The notes: generated by a model from the letters alone, not told the origin. Positions 36,750 through 46,277 are shown, counted from the stretch's first letter. The stretch is 64,000 nucleotides of DNA from an uncultured Alphaproteobacteria bacterium (GCA_963739175.1 CAVTZH010000007.1:135616-199615); one strand, 5' to 3'. Made by a program: numbers and translations.

Positions 36750-37823
36750 ATGCGGCTGCTGGCTGTCGGTGCAATCGTTGCGGCCATCGGGTTGCCGGCC
36801 GGCGCGGTCGTGGCGCAACCGCCGTCGCGGCCGCAGCTCGTCACCAATGAGGCGGCGGTGGTCGAGGCGATGCGCCCCGCGGCCTTCGACATCAAGGATC
36901 CGATGGCGGTGCTCGCCTTTGTGCTTGGCAGCCTGCCGCAACGCGTGACGGTCTATCCGACCGAGAACTACTACTATTTCAAGTTCGTCCATGGCGGCGT
37001 GCCGATCGCCGGCAATCTGCGGCTCGATCCGCGCGACCGTGACAAGGGCAAGGTCTATTTCGGCTACTACGAAGACAACGCCGAGTGGAAGAAAGACGGC
37101 CTCGAACAGGCGCTGGAGCTTGACGGATCGCGCAACGTGCTGGTGGAGCGCGTGGACAATCTGCTCTACCGCATCACCTATCAGGGAACGAGCGTGCTGT
37201 TCGCGCTCAATGACGTGTCGCAGATCAAGCCGCCGGCCGGCGTGATCGGGCCCGACGAGCGCTTGATCGGACCGGTATTCGACGAGTCGGCCGTGCGTTT
37301 CTTCCTGGTCTACAATTCAAAGGCCAAGGTGTTTCACTACATCCTCGACGAAACCGCTCCGGTGCCCGACCAGCTCGAGCCGTCGCCGCGCAGCGACCGG
37401 ATTCTGGTCGGCAAGCGCACCGGCTTTGCCTATTACCGCGACCATCGTCTCGACCGCAAAATCCTGATCGGCGTATTCGAGCAGAACATCCGGTTGAACA
37501 ATTATTTCGACGGGCCGTTCGACCAGCTGCCGGACAATTTCATCGAAGGCGAGAGCCTGCGGCAGGCGATCATCGACAGCGACCCGGGCGTCAAAGGCAT
37601 GATCGACCGGTTGGGTTATTTTCAGAAGGAGGATTCCCGTTACGCCATCAGTCCCTATATGCAGTACCGGAACGAAAACGATCTGTTGCAGGTCCATCGC
37701 TGCGCCACCGACCGGCGCCTCCCGGCGGCGTCCTATTATCGCTGCTTCGTGATGGACGAGGCGGGGCCGCGCGCGGTCGGCCGCCCGCTGGCACTGCGGG
37801 AGCTGCGCGGCAAGTCGCGATAA
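36750..37823 (+). CDS. Conserved exported hypothetical protein
   Basis: 357 aa from the ATG at 36750. It has a signal peptide (MRLLAVGAIVAAIGLPAGAVVAQ) and good codon bias, with no family recognised by eye. The longer ORF from 36366 overlaps era out of frame. Confidence 0.7.
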   Translation: MRLLAVGAIVAAIGLPAGAVVAQPPSRPQLVTNEAAVVEAMRPAAFDIKDPMAVLAFVLGSLPQRVTVYPTENYYYFKFVHGGVPIAGNLRLDPRDRDKGKVYFGYYEDNAEWKKDGLEQALELDGSRNVLVERVDNLLYRITYQGTSVLFALNDVSQIKPPAGVIGPDERLIGPVFDESAVRFFLVYNSKAKVFHYILDETAPVPDQLEPSPRSDRILVGKRTGFAYYRDHRLDRKILIGVFEQNIRLNNYFDGPFDQLPDNFIEGESLRQAIIDSDPGVKGMIDRLGYFQKEDSRYAISPYMQYRNENDLLQVHRCATDRRLPAASYYRCFVMDEAGPRAVGRPLALRELRGKSR

Positions 37824-37841
37824 GCAGCAAGTCGCGATAAG
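37810..37841. repeat. Two copies of gcaagtcgcgataag spaced by 2 nt (17-bp period)
   Basis: Read directly from the sequence. It duplicates the last codons and TAA stop of the 36750-37823 gene. Confidence 0.9.
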
Positions 37842-37850
37842 ATGTGACCG

Positions 37851-38597
37851 ATGCAATGGACCGATGAAGGCATCGTGCTGGGCGTCAGGCGCCACGGGGA
37901 GGGCAGCGCCATCCTCGAATTGATGACGCGCGAGCACGGCCGTCATCTCGGTCTCGTGCGTGGCGGCGGCGGTCGCATGCTGCGCCCGGTGCTGCAGACC
38001 GGCAACCTGGTCAGCGCGGTCTGGCGCGCGCGGCTCGACCAGCATCTCGGGCTCTACATGGTCGAAGGGCTCAACCTGCGGGCGGCATCGCTGCTTGCGA
38101 AGTCGCATGCGGTCTACGGCGCAACCCATCTCGCCGCGCTCTGCCGGTTGCTGCCGGAGCGCGATCCGCACCCCGCCATCGTGCCGATGGTCGAGACGAT
38201 CCTCGATCACATCGACGAAGCGCTGCTTGCCTCGGCCCTGGTCGTGCAGTTCGAGCTGCATCTCTTGAACGAGCTCGGGTTCGGGCTCGAGCTCGACTCC
38301 TGCGCCGTGACCGGTACGAACGACGACCTGATCTATGTCTCGCCCAAGTCGGGCCGTGCGGTATCGCGGCAGGCCGGCGAGCCGTGGTGCGACAAGCTCT
38401 TGCGGCTGCCACGGTTCCTGAGCGGCACGGCGCAGAGCGATGCGTCGCCCGGCGATATCGCCGACGGTTTTGCGCTGACCGGCTATTTTTTGGTGCAGCG
38501 CGTGCTCGAGCCCAGGGGGCACGGCTTCAACGAAGCCCGGGACAGTTTTGTCGCGGCGGTGCTCGGCGGTCCCACCCGCGCCGGGGCTGCGGGCTGA
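37851..38597 (+). CDS. recO: DNA repair protein RecO
   Basis: '[32 protein letters not shown]' is a typical alphaproteobacterial RecO OB-fold N-terminus. It has 248 aa and follows era, as in many bacteria. Confidence 0.92.
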   Translation: MQWTDEGIVLGVRRHGEGSAILELMTREHGRHLGLVRGGGGRMLRPVLQTGNLVSAVWRARLDQHLGLYMVEGLNLRAASLLAKSHAVYGATHLAALCRLLPERDPHPAIVPMVETILDHIDEALLASALVVQFELHLLNELGFGLELDSCAVTGTNDDLIYVSPKSGRAVSRQAGEPWCDKLLRLPRFLSGTAQSDASPGDIADGFALTGYFLVQRVLEPRGHGFNEARDSFVAAVLGGPTRAGAAG

Positions 38598-38627
38598 TTG
38601 AGTCTCAGGAAAACTGAAATGCAAAAC

Positions 38628-38652
38628 GGCGGGCCTCCTCGGGAGACCCGCC
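38628..38652. terminator. GC-rich hairpin between convergent recO and the small secreted-protein gene
   Basis: GGCGGGcCTCC-tcg-GGAGaCCCGCC (6 + 4 bp with one C.A mismatch). It has the same architecture as the hairpin at 39069-39096. No clear U-tract. Confidence 0.5.
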
Positions 38653-38684
38653 GTGATCATCGGTCGCAGTGGTGATGCGACGCT

Positions 38685-38918
38685 TTACCAGCGGCGCGAC
38701 CACCGCCAGTAGTGGCCACCGCGGTACCACCGGCAGACCCTACCGCTGGTCCGCCAGCGGTGCCAGCAACGGCGCCACTGGACGTCTTCGGTCAGGCTGG
38801 TGTCGATGATCGACGGCTGGAGGGCCGACGGCGACACCGGCGCTGCATTGGCGTTCGTCATCGTGAAGCAAGCACCCATGGCCACGGCCGCAACCAGCGA
38901 AAGCAGGACTTTGCGCAT
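38685..38918 (-). CDS. Small secreted Trp/Arg-rich protein (C-x10-C core)
   Basis: 77 aa from the ATG at 38918 (GGAGAAAC SD). Signal peptide MRKVLLSLVAAVAMGACFTMTNANA, then 'APVSPSALQPSIIDTSL', 'CWHRWRTSGRVC', and the tail 'RWYRGGHYWRWSRRW'. Paralogue of 39145-39441. Confidence 0.6.
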   Translation of the reverse strand: MRKVLLSLVAAVAMGACFTMTNANAAPVSPSALQPSIIDTSLTEDVQWRRCWHRWRTSGRVCRWYRGGHYWRWSRRW

Positions 38919-39068
38919 GCGTTTCTCCCTAGGTTGATCGAGCGGGATGAAAAGAAACCCCGCACAGCCCGGCAAGTTCCAGAAAATGGCTGTTGTGCAA
39001 TAGATTGCGTTAATGCGTCTGAACTGCCTGTGGGCGGTCCGTTCATCCCGTGTTCATCTCAAGAAGTC

Positions 39069-39096
39069 GGCGGGCCTTCCGTTCGGAAGACCCGCC
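39069..39096 (-). terminator. GC-rich hairpin downstream of the His-rich protein gene
   Basis: GGCGGGcCTTCC-gttc-GGAAGaCCCGCC. It is a paralogous copy of the hairpin at 38628-38652. Confidence 0.55.
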
Positions 39097-39144
39097 GCAG
39101 CACCAGCCATCACGCCGCACGCAAGACAGAGCGGCGCGCCGGCA

Positions 39145-39441
39145 CTAGCGATGATGATGGTGCCGGCGATGATGATGGTGGTGCCTGTGATGATGCCCGT
39201 GATGATGGTGGTGGTGATGGCGGTGCCCGGGGCGCCACACCATGCGGCAATGGCGGTCGCTGTGGCGCCAGTGATGGTGGCACACCCGGAACCACGCGAC
39301 ATTGTCGACCATGTTTGAGTCGACGACCGCCGGCTGCATCGCCGACGGCGCGACCACGGCCGCGCCAGCGGTTGACGGCATCAATGAAGCGGCGGCCATC
39401 GTCACCGCTGCGGCAGCCAGGCTCAGAAACAGCTTGCGCAT
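39145..39441 (-). CDS. Small secreted histidine-rich protein (C-x10-C core plus poly-His tail)
   Basis: 98 aa with a GGAGG SD. Signal peptide MRKLFLSLAAAAVTMAAASLMPSTAGA, then 'APSAMQPAVVDSNM', 'CHHHWRHSDRHC', and the tail 'GHRHHHHHHHGHHHRHHHHHRRHHHHR'. Confidence 0.65.
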   Translation of the reverse strand: MRKLFLSLAAAAVTMAAASLMPSTAGAAVVAPSAMQPAVVDSNMVDNVAWFRVCHHHWRHSDRHCRMVWRPGHRHHHHHHHGHHHRHHHHHRRHHHHR

Positions 39442-39459
39442 CTAGGTACCTCCTTGCGC

Positions 39460-39485
39460 GTCCACGTCATGTGTCCACGTCATGT
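39460..39485. repeat. Perfect 13-bp tandem duplication (gtccacgtcatgt x2)
   Basis: Read directly from the sequence. It lies 19-45 nt upstream of the start codon of the His-rich protein gene. Confidence 0.9.
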
Positions 39486-39691
39486 ATCGCCCACGCGCGC
39501 ACCATACGCGCACGATCCCGTCGCCTTGATGTCTGAGGTGTTCAGTTGCAATTCAGCTCAGTGGCGACGCCGCGGCGACGGCGTGGCCGCCGTTTGCAGC
39601 GGCTCGGTTCGTCGGGGTTTCACGCACGGCGGCCAGTGGCGAATTAAAGGTGAGGCTTGTTCCGGACGTTTTGCCGCAGTAATCAGATTCC

Positions 39692-41984
39692 ATGGGCAAA
39701 CAACTGATTCCTTCACCGCCGACAGGCGGTCCGATCGAGGACATCGCGCTGCGCGATGCGCTGGAAGAGCGCTATCTCGCCTATGCGCTGTCGACCATCA
39801 TGCACCGCGCGCTGCCGGATGCGCGCGACGGGCTCAAGCCGGTGCACCGGCGGCTGCTGTATGCGATGCAGCAATTGCGCCTCGATCCCGACGCGGCGTT
39901 CAAGAAATGCGCGCGCGTGGTCGGCGACGTCATCGGCAAATTCCATCCGCACGGCGACCAGTCGGTTTATGACGCTTTGGTAAGGTTGGCGCAGGACTTT
40001 GCGCAGCGTTATCCGTTGGTCGACGGGCAGGGCAATTTCGGCAATGTCGACGGCGATAACCCGGCCGCCATGCGTTACACGGAGGCGCGCCTCACCGAGG
40101 TCGCGCGGCTCCTGATCGACGGCATCGACGAGGACGCGATCGATTTCCGGCCGACCTATGACGGCTCGGAGAACGAGCCGGTGGTGCTGCCGGGCGCGTT
40201 CCCCAATCTGCTCGCCAACGGCTCGCAAGGCATCGCGGTCGGCATGGCCACTGCGATCCCGCCGCACAATGCCGCCGAGCTGTGCGACGCCGCGCTGTTC
40301 CTGATCGACAATCCCAATGCGCGCTCGAAGACGCTGCTGAAATACGTGCAGGGCCCGGATTTCCCGACCGGCGGCATCATCGTCGACAACCGCGACACCA
40401 TCGCCGAAGCCTATGCGACCGGCCGCGGCTCGTTCCGCGTGCGTGCGCGCTGGCACAAGGAAGACACCGGCCGCGGCACCTACCTGATCGTGATCACGGA
40501 AGTGCCGTGGCTGGTGCAGAAGGGCCGGCTGGTCGAGAAGCTCGCGGAGCTGCTCAATGAGCGCAAGCTGCCGCTGGTCGCCGACGTCCGCGACGAGTCC
40601 GCCGAGGACATCCGCCTGGTGATCGAACCGAAGTCGCGCACGGTCGACGCGGCGCTGGTGATGGAATCGCTGTTCCGGTTGAGCGAGCTCGAGAGCCGCA
40701 TCCCGCTCAACATGAACGTGCTGCTGAAGGGCCGTATCCCGAAGGTCGTCGGCCTCGCGGAGGCGCTTTCGGAATGGCTCGCGCACCGGCGCGAGGTGCT
40801 GGTGCGGCGTTCGAAATTCCGCCTCGACAAGATCGAGCATCGGCTCGAAGTCTTGGGCGGCTATCTGATTGCCTATCTCAATCTCGACGAGGTGATCAGG
40901 ATCATCCGCACCGAGGATGAGCCCAAGCCCGTACTGATGAAGCGGTTCAAGCTCACCGACGTGCAGGCGGACGCGATCCTGAACATGCGGCTGCGCAACC
41001 TGCGCAAGCTCGAAGAGATGGAGATCAAGCAGGAGGACAAGGACCTCCGCAAAGAGCGCGCCGAGATCAAGAAGCTCCTGGGCATCCGAGCCGGAGCAGT
41101 GGAAGACCGTCGCCGGCGAGATCAAGAAGATCCGCGAGACGTTCGGGCCGAAGACCAAGCTCGGCAAGCGGCGCACGACCTTCGCCGAAGCGCCGCAGCA
41201 CGACGAGGCCGCGATCGAAGAGGCGATGGTCGAGCGCGAGCCGATCACCGTGGTGGTGTCGGAGAAGGGGTGGATCCGGGGGCTCCGGGGGCACGTCACC
41301 GACCTGTCCGGCGTGGCGTTCAAGGCCGACGACGGCCTCATGTTCGCGTTCCCGGCCGAGACCACCTCAAAGATCCTGGTGTTCGCCACCAACGGACGTT
41401 TCTACACGCTCGACGGCGCGAAGCTCCCGGGTGGGCGCGGGCACGGCGAGCCGGTGCGCTTGTTCATCGATCTCGAGCAGGACCACGAGCTGGTGGCGGT
41501 GTTCCGCCATCAGGGCGGCCGGAAATTCCTGGTTGCGAGCGCGCAGGGCAGGGGCTTCGTGGTGGCCGAGGACGAGTGCCTCGCCAACACCCGCAAGGGC
41601 AAGCAGGTGCTCAACGTCAAGCCGCCGGATGCGGCGCGCGCCATGACCGTGGTGGACGGCGAGCTCGTCGCCACCATCGGCGAGAACCGCAAGATGGTGA
41701 TCTTCCCGCTCGACCAGGTGCCGGAGCTCGGCCGCGGCCGCGGCGTGCGCCTGCAGCGCTACAAGGACGGCACGCTCTCCGACGTGAAGACCTTCAAGGG
41801 CGGCGACGGCCTGACCTGGATCGACGGCGGCGGGCGCACTTTCAACCTTACGCTGAAGGAGCTCGCCGCCTGGCGTGGCAACCGCAGCGACGCCGGCCGG
41901 GTTCGTCCCGACCGTTTCCTGACCAACAACAAGTTCGGCTCGGTGATGGTCAACGGCAACGGCAAGAACGGCGACAAGGACTGA
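39692..41984 (+). pseudogene. parC: DNA topoisomerase IV subunit A, frame broken once (probably a sequence error)
   Basis: N-terminal ORF: '[27 protein letters not shown]', 'GKFHPHGD', '[10 protein letters not shown]' (catalytic Tyr). After '...AEIKKLLG' the protein continues in the +1 frame ('[21 protein letters not shown]...') to 41984. There is an extra nt at about 41084 ('ggc a tcc gag'). Confidence 0.9.
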
Positions 41985-42044
41985 GTGCAGCGACGGCCGC
42001 CATTCGCCAAGCGGACATCGCGCCGGCGCGATTTGCGGCTTCGT

Positions 42045-42335
42045 CTAGTTCGGGGCGAGAATTCGCTTCCAGCCGATATTACGCAGCCGCTCACGATTGG
42101 GCGGCGTATTTTCCCGGCGTGGACCGCTAACGCTGGCGAAGGCCTGGTTAAAATCGACCATGGTCGTGTGCGCCGGAATGGTCACGGCGGCGAAGACGTA
42201 GTCGAAGTCGCCCCTTCCGATGGAAACTTGGCTCCCCCTCGAATTCGCGGTGTCCGGCCACACCAACGTCGCTGCGACGACCAGGGAGTTCAGGACCACC
42301 GCCGCCATCAGCATGCGGATCAGGTTACGCGACAT
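42045..42335 (-). CDS. Hypothetical small exported/anchored protein
   Basis: 96 aa with a GGGGAG SD, an N-terminal hydrophobic segment ([19 protein letters not shown]) and GC3 bias. No recognisable family. Confidence 0.45.
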   Translation of the reverse strand: MSRNLIRMLMAAVVLNSLVVAATLVWPDTANSRGSQVSIGRGDFDYVFAAVTIPAHTTMVDFNQAFASVSGPRRENTPPNRERLRNIGWKRILAPN

Positions 42336-42447
42336 CGGGAACTCCCCATCTTGGGACTGTTCCGGTTAGTCGCGGCGCCCGGCGAAAGGTTCAACGCCGG
42401 AATCCGTAGAAATAACAGGTAGATAAGGGGCCTCCAGGACGTCGATT

Positions 42448-43407
42448 CTAGTATCGCGCCGAGACCCCGACGAACGGGCTGAACCGGTCCGCGGCGTTGG
42501 TCACGCCGAACCGCATCCCGCCGTCGAACTGGAGGTTCTTGCTCAGCTTGTAGGTGAAGCCGGTCGCGAGCACGGCGACGTCGCCAAGCAGGTTGCCGGT
42601 GTTGAAGCGCGCCGCGACTTCATAATAGGTGCTCACCGCCTCGCTCCATTCGTAGGATAGCGATGCGGACGCGAGATACGCGGCGTGATGTCCCGGTGTG
42701 CCGTCGTTGCGCACGACATGGACGCCGGCGTTGAGCCCGAGCCCGAATTTCTCCGACAGCTTCACCGCAAACGGCAGGATCAAGCCACCTCCGACACCTT
42801 CGGGGCTGATCCCGTTGTTGCGGTCGGTCGGCAGCGTGATGAAGGGGAGGAGGGCGAAGGCGGTGGCGCCCGGTTTCTCGAACGAATCGTTGCCCCACAG
42901 ATTGAACTTGCCGCGGATGTCGACGCCGCCGATGCCGGAGCTGCGTGTAGCGGTCAGAGGATCAAGTGGCCGCGTGCGCGCGATCCCATAAGGCTGAAAC
43001 ACGACATTGACCTCGGAGTTGTACGTCAGCCCGATGCGGACGTTGGTGACGAGGAAGTCGTAGCTCGAGGTGACCGTGCCATCGATATCGGGACGCGAGC
43101 GCGTGTAGCCGAACAGATTGGTTTCGACCTGGATGCGGCCGGCGTCGACCGTGAACGGGCTCTCGGTGGTGTCCGGCCGGTCGGTGGTGAGGTCGCGCAG
43201 CAGCCGGTCCGGCGTCGGATTGAACAGCGTGTACTGGCTCTTGTTCTGGTCGGACGCTTCGGCAGCCCCGATGGCGATCGCGAGGAAGGCGCCAGCTACC
43301 GCTGCGCACTTTGCCAGCAATGGTGTCGAGCCACCGCCGTCGGGCCATGCAAGTGCTTTCGCCGGGCCTATTAACCCTCCGCACCACAACGCCATTTCAG
43401 CCCTCAC
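42448..43407 (-). CDS. Outer-membrane beta-barrel 'transporter' family protein (MetA-pathway/Phenol_MetA_deg-like)
   Basis: 'YTLFNPTPDRLLRDLTTDRPDTTESPFTVDAGRIQVE', alternating strands, and a terminal '...FVGVSARY'. A likelier start is the TTG at 43320 (MLAKCAAVAGAFLAIAIGAAEA|SDQ). It is divergent from the Mn/Fe ABC importer. Confidence 0.8.
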   Translation of the reverse strand: MRAEMALWCGGLIGPAKALAWPDGGGSTPLLAKCAAVAGAFLAIAIGAAEASDQNKSQYTLFNPTPDRLLRDLTTDRPDTTESPFTVDAGRIQVETNLFGYTRSRPDIDGTVTSSYDFLVTNVRIGLTYNSEVNVVFQPYGIARTRPLDPLTATRSSGIGGVDIRGKFNLWGNDSFEKPGATAFALLPFITLPTDRNNGISPEGVGGGLILPFAVKLSEKFGLGLNAGVHVVRNDGTPGHHAAYLASASLSYEWSEAVSTYYEVAARFNTGNLLGDVAVLATGFTYKLSKNLQFDGGMRFGVTNAADRFSPFVGVSARY

Positions 43408-43412
43408 GCTTA

Positions 43413-43429
43413 TTGCGAACTATTCGCAA
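43413..43429. promoter_or_regulatory. Perfect 7-3-7 palindrome TTGCGAA-CTA-TTCGCAA (candidate Fur/Mur-family operator)
   Basis: Seen directly in the divergent spacer between the barrel gene and sitA. The half-site resembles the TGCAA/TTGCA cores of Fur-family boxes. Confidence 0.5.
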
Positions 43430-43465
43430 CTAGCTTGACAATTGCCTCCGGCACTGTCAAGTAAA

Positions 43466-43486
43466 TGCGAATAATTTGCAGTTGCA
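43466..43486. promoter_or_regulatory. Near-palindrome TGCGAAT-A-ATTTGCA followed by GTTGCA (candidate Fur/Mur-family operator)
   Basis: 7-1-7 inverted repeat with one mismatch, plus an extra TTGCA hexamer, about 25-40 nt upstream of the sitA start. Confidence 0.5.
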
Positions 43487-43507
43487 GGTGCTTCGGGGAG
43501 TGGGAAG

Positions 43508-44440
43508 GTGAGGAAGATGGGTTTGAATTTGATCGGCCGGGGATTGGCGGCGGGGGTGCTCGCCGCGTTGCTGGCGTTTGCCGGCTTGCATGGCTCGGCG
43601 TCGGCGCAGGGCAAGGCGAAGAAGCCGTTCCGCGTCGTGACGACCTTCACGGTCATCCAGGACATCGCGCAGAACGTCGCCGGCGATAAAGCGATCGTCA
43701 ACTCGATCACCCGGCCGGGCGCCGAGATCCACGACTACCAGCCGACGCCGCTCGACATCGTGAAGGCGCAGGCCGGCGATCTGGTGCTGTGGAACGGCTT
43801 CAATCTCGAGCGCTGGTTCGAGCGCTTCTTCCAGAACGTCAAGGATGTGCCGAGCGTGGTGGTGACCGAAGGCATCGAGCCGATGGGCATCACCGAGGGC
43901 CCCTACAACGGCAAGCCCAATCCGCATGCCTGGATGTCGCCGAACAACGCGCTGATCTATGTCGAGAACATCCGCAAGGCGCTGTCGAAATACGATCCGG
44001 CCAATGCCGAAGCCTATGCGAAGAACGCCGCCGCCTATTCGGCGCAGATCAAGGCGCTCGACGAGCCGTTGCGCAAGCGGCTCTCGGCGATCCCGAAGAA
44101 CCAGCGCTGGCTCGTGACCAGCGAGGGCGCCTTCAGCTATCTCACGCGCGACTATGACCTGCGCGAGGCCTACCTCTGGCCGATCAACGCCGACGAGCAG
44201 GGCACGCCGCAGCAGGTGCGCCGGGTGATCGACCTCGTGCGCAAGAACAAGATCCCGGTGGTGTTCAGCGAGAGCACGATCTCTGACCGCGCCGCCCGCC
44301 AGGTCGCGCGCGAGACCGGCGCGCGCTACGGTGGCGTGCTCTATGTCGACTCGCTCAGCGCCGCCGGCGGCCCGGTGCCGACCTATCTCGATCTGCTCAA
44401 GGTGACGGTCGAGACCATCGTCAAAGGATTTGGCAGGTGA
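43508..44440 (+). CDS. sitA: Mn/Fe ABC transporter substrate-binding protein (cluster A-I, TroA/SitA/MntC-like)
   Basis: '[20 protein letters not shown]', '[11 protein letters not shown]', 'NPHAWMSP', '[11 protein letters not shown]', 'VFSEST'. The ATG at 43517 is an alternative start. Confidence 0.9.
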   Translation: MRKMGLNLIGRGLAAGVLAALLAFAGLHGSASAQGKAKKPFRVVTTFTVIQDIAQNVAGDKAIVNSITRPGAEIHDYQPTPLDIVKAQAGDLVLWNGFNLERWFERFFQNVKDVPSVVVTEGIEPMGITEGPYNGKPNPHAWMSPNNALIYVENIRKALSKYDPANAEAYAKNAAAYSAQIKALDEPLRKRLSAIPKNQRWLVTSEGAFSYLTRDYDLREAYLWPINADEQGTPQQVRRVIDLVRKNKIPVVFSESTISDRAARQVARETGARYGGVLYVDSLSAAGGPVPTYLDLLKVTVETIVKGFGR

Positions 44441-45348
44441 ATGCACTGACTGAGGCCGCGCGCATTGCAACCGATCGGGTGCCGACCGGCGCCAGCATCT
44501 CGGTGCGCAATCTGAGCGTGACCTACAGCAACGGCTTCACCGCCGTCCACGATGCGTCGTTCGAGCTCGATCCCGGCACGATCTGCGCGCTGGTCGGCGT
44601 CAACGGCAGCGGCAAGTCGACGATCTTCAAGGCGATCATGGGGTTCGTGCGGCCTTCGGCCGGCGAGGTGCGGCTGTGCGGCATGCCGGTCGACGAGGCG
44701 CTGAAGAAGAACATCGTCGCCTATGTGCCGCAGAGCGAGGACGTCGACTGGAATTTCCCGGTGCTGGTCGAGACCGTGGTGATGATGGGCCGCTACGGCC
44801 ACATGAATTTCCTGCGCATGCCCTCGCGCGCCGACCGCTACAAGGTCGACGAGGCGCTCGAGCGCGTCGGCATGAGCGCCTATCGCGACCGCCAGATCGG
44901 CGAGTTGAGCGGCGGCCAGAAGAAGCGCGTGTTCCTGGCGCGCTCGCTGGCGCAGGAGGGGCGCATCATCCTGCTCGACGAGCCGTTCACCGGCATCGAC
45001 GTGAAGACCGAGACCGCCATCATCGGCCTGCTGCGGGAGCTGCGCGCCTCCGGCCAGCTGATGCTGGTCTCGACCCACAATCTCGGCAGCGTGCCGGATT
45101 TCTGCGACCAGGTCGTGCTGTTGAACCGGACCGTGCTGGCGGCCGGTCCTACCGCCGAGGTCTTCACCCAGGCCAACCTCGAACGCGCCTTCGGCGGCGT
45201 GCTGCGCAACTTCCGGCTCGGCGGCCGCGCGCTGCACGATGATGACGACGCCCGCCAGGTCACGGTGCTGACCGACGACGAGCGCCCGCTGGTGTTCTAC
45301 GGCGACAAGACTCGTCAGCGGATCGGACCAGGGCGGGACCTGACATGA
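44437..45348 (+). CDS. sitB: Mn/Fe ABC transporter ATP-binding protein
   Basis: Walker A 'GVNGSGKST', signature 'LSGGQKKR', Walker B 'IILLDEP', 'STHNL'. Overlapping start and stop with its neighbours. Confidence 0.92.
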   Translation: MNALTEAARIATDRVPTGASISVRNLSVTYSNGFTAVHDASFELDPGTICALVGVNGSGKSTIFKAIMGFVRPSAGEVRLCGMPVDEALKKNIVAYVPQSEDVDWNFPVLVETVVMMGRYGHMNFLRMPSRADRYKVDEALERVGMSAYRDRQIGELSGGQKKRVFLARSLAQEGRIILLDEPFTGIDVKTETAIIGLLRELRASGQLMLVSTHNLGSVPDFCDQVVLLNRTVLAAGPTAEVFTQANLERAFGGVLRNFRLGGRALHDDDDARQVTVLTDDERPLVFYGDKTRQRIGPGRDLT

Positions 45349-46277
45349 CCGAATGGCTCGCCGAGCTGCATCGTCCCGTTCAGCTACAACTACATGCTGA
45401 AAGCGATGTGGGTGAGCGCGCTGGTCGGCGGCGTCTGCGCCTTCCTCTCGGCCTATCTGATGCTCAAGGGCTGGTCGCTGATGGGCGACGCGCTCGCCCA
45501 TTCGATCGTGCCCGGCGTGGCGGCCGCCTATATCCTCGGCGCGCCGTTCGCGATCGGCGCATTCTTCGCCGGCATCCTGGCCTCGCTCGGCATGAATTTC
45601 GTCAAGCAGCAGACGCGGCTGCGCGAGGATGCGGTGATCGGGCTCGTGTTCACGTCGCTGTTTGCGCTCGGCCTGTTGATGGCCTCGATCTGGCCGACCT
45701 CGGTCATCGATCCAGACCATCGTGCTCGGCAACATCCTCGCCATCGCCGACGAGGACGTGGTGCAGGTCGCGATCATCGCCGGCGTCACGCTCCTCATCA
45801 TGGTCTTCATCTGGAAGGACCTGATGGTGACGTTCTTCGACGAGAACCATGCGCGCTCGATCGGGCTCAACACCACGCTCTTGAAGGTGGTCTTCTTCAC
45901 GCTGCTGAGCGCCTGCACGGTGGCGGCGCTGCAGACCGTCGGCGCCTGCCTCGTCATCGCCATGGTGGTGACGCCCGGCGCCACCGCCTATCTGCTCACC
46001 GACCGCTTCGGCCGGCTGATCGTGATCAGCGTCGCGCTCGGCGTCGATCACGAGCTTCGTCGGCGCCTATATCAGCTATTTCCTCGACGGCGCGACCGGC
46101 GGCGTGATCGTCACCCTGCAGACGCTGTTGTTCCTCGTGGCGTTCTTCTTCGCGCCCAAGCACGGCCTCATCGCCGCGCGCCGCCGGCGCCTGGCCGGCG
46201 ACGGAGGCCGCCGCATGATCGCGTGCTCGACTGGATCACCGGGCCGCTCGCCTATCCGTTCATGCAGCGCGCGCTGA
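45345..46277 (+). pseudogene. sitC: Mn/Fe ABC transporter permease, three frame breaks
   Basis: The pieces 'MTEWLAEL', 'IVPFSYNYMLKAMWVSALVGG...ASIWPTSV', 'IQTIVLGNILAIADEDV...VISVALG' and 'ITSFVGAYISYFLDGATGG...FAPKHGL' lie in successive +1 frames. Junctions are about 45369, 45706 and 46046. The 3' end is uncertain (46218-46277). Confidence 0.8.

Noticed and set aside
39150-39320. Repetitive GTGATG/ATGATG DNA that at first looked like a microsatellite or spacer-repeat array
   Set aside because: It is fully explained as CAC/CAT (His) codons of the minus-strand His-rich ORF. There are no regularly spaced unique spacers, so it is not a CRISPR array.
39713-41392. 559-aa ORF antisense to parC
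   Set aside because: The low-complexity R/A/L/D-rich translation has no recognisable domains, and the opposite strand carries canonical ParC motifs.
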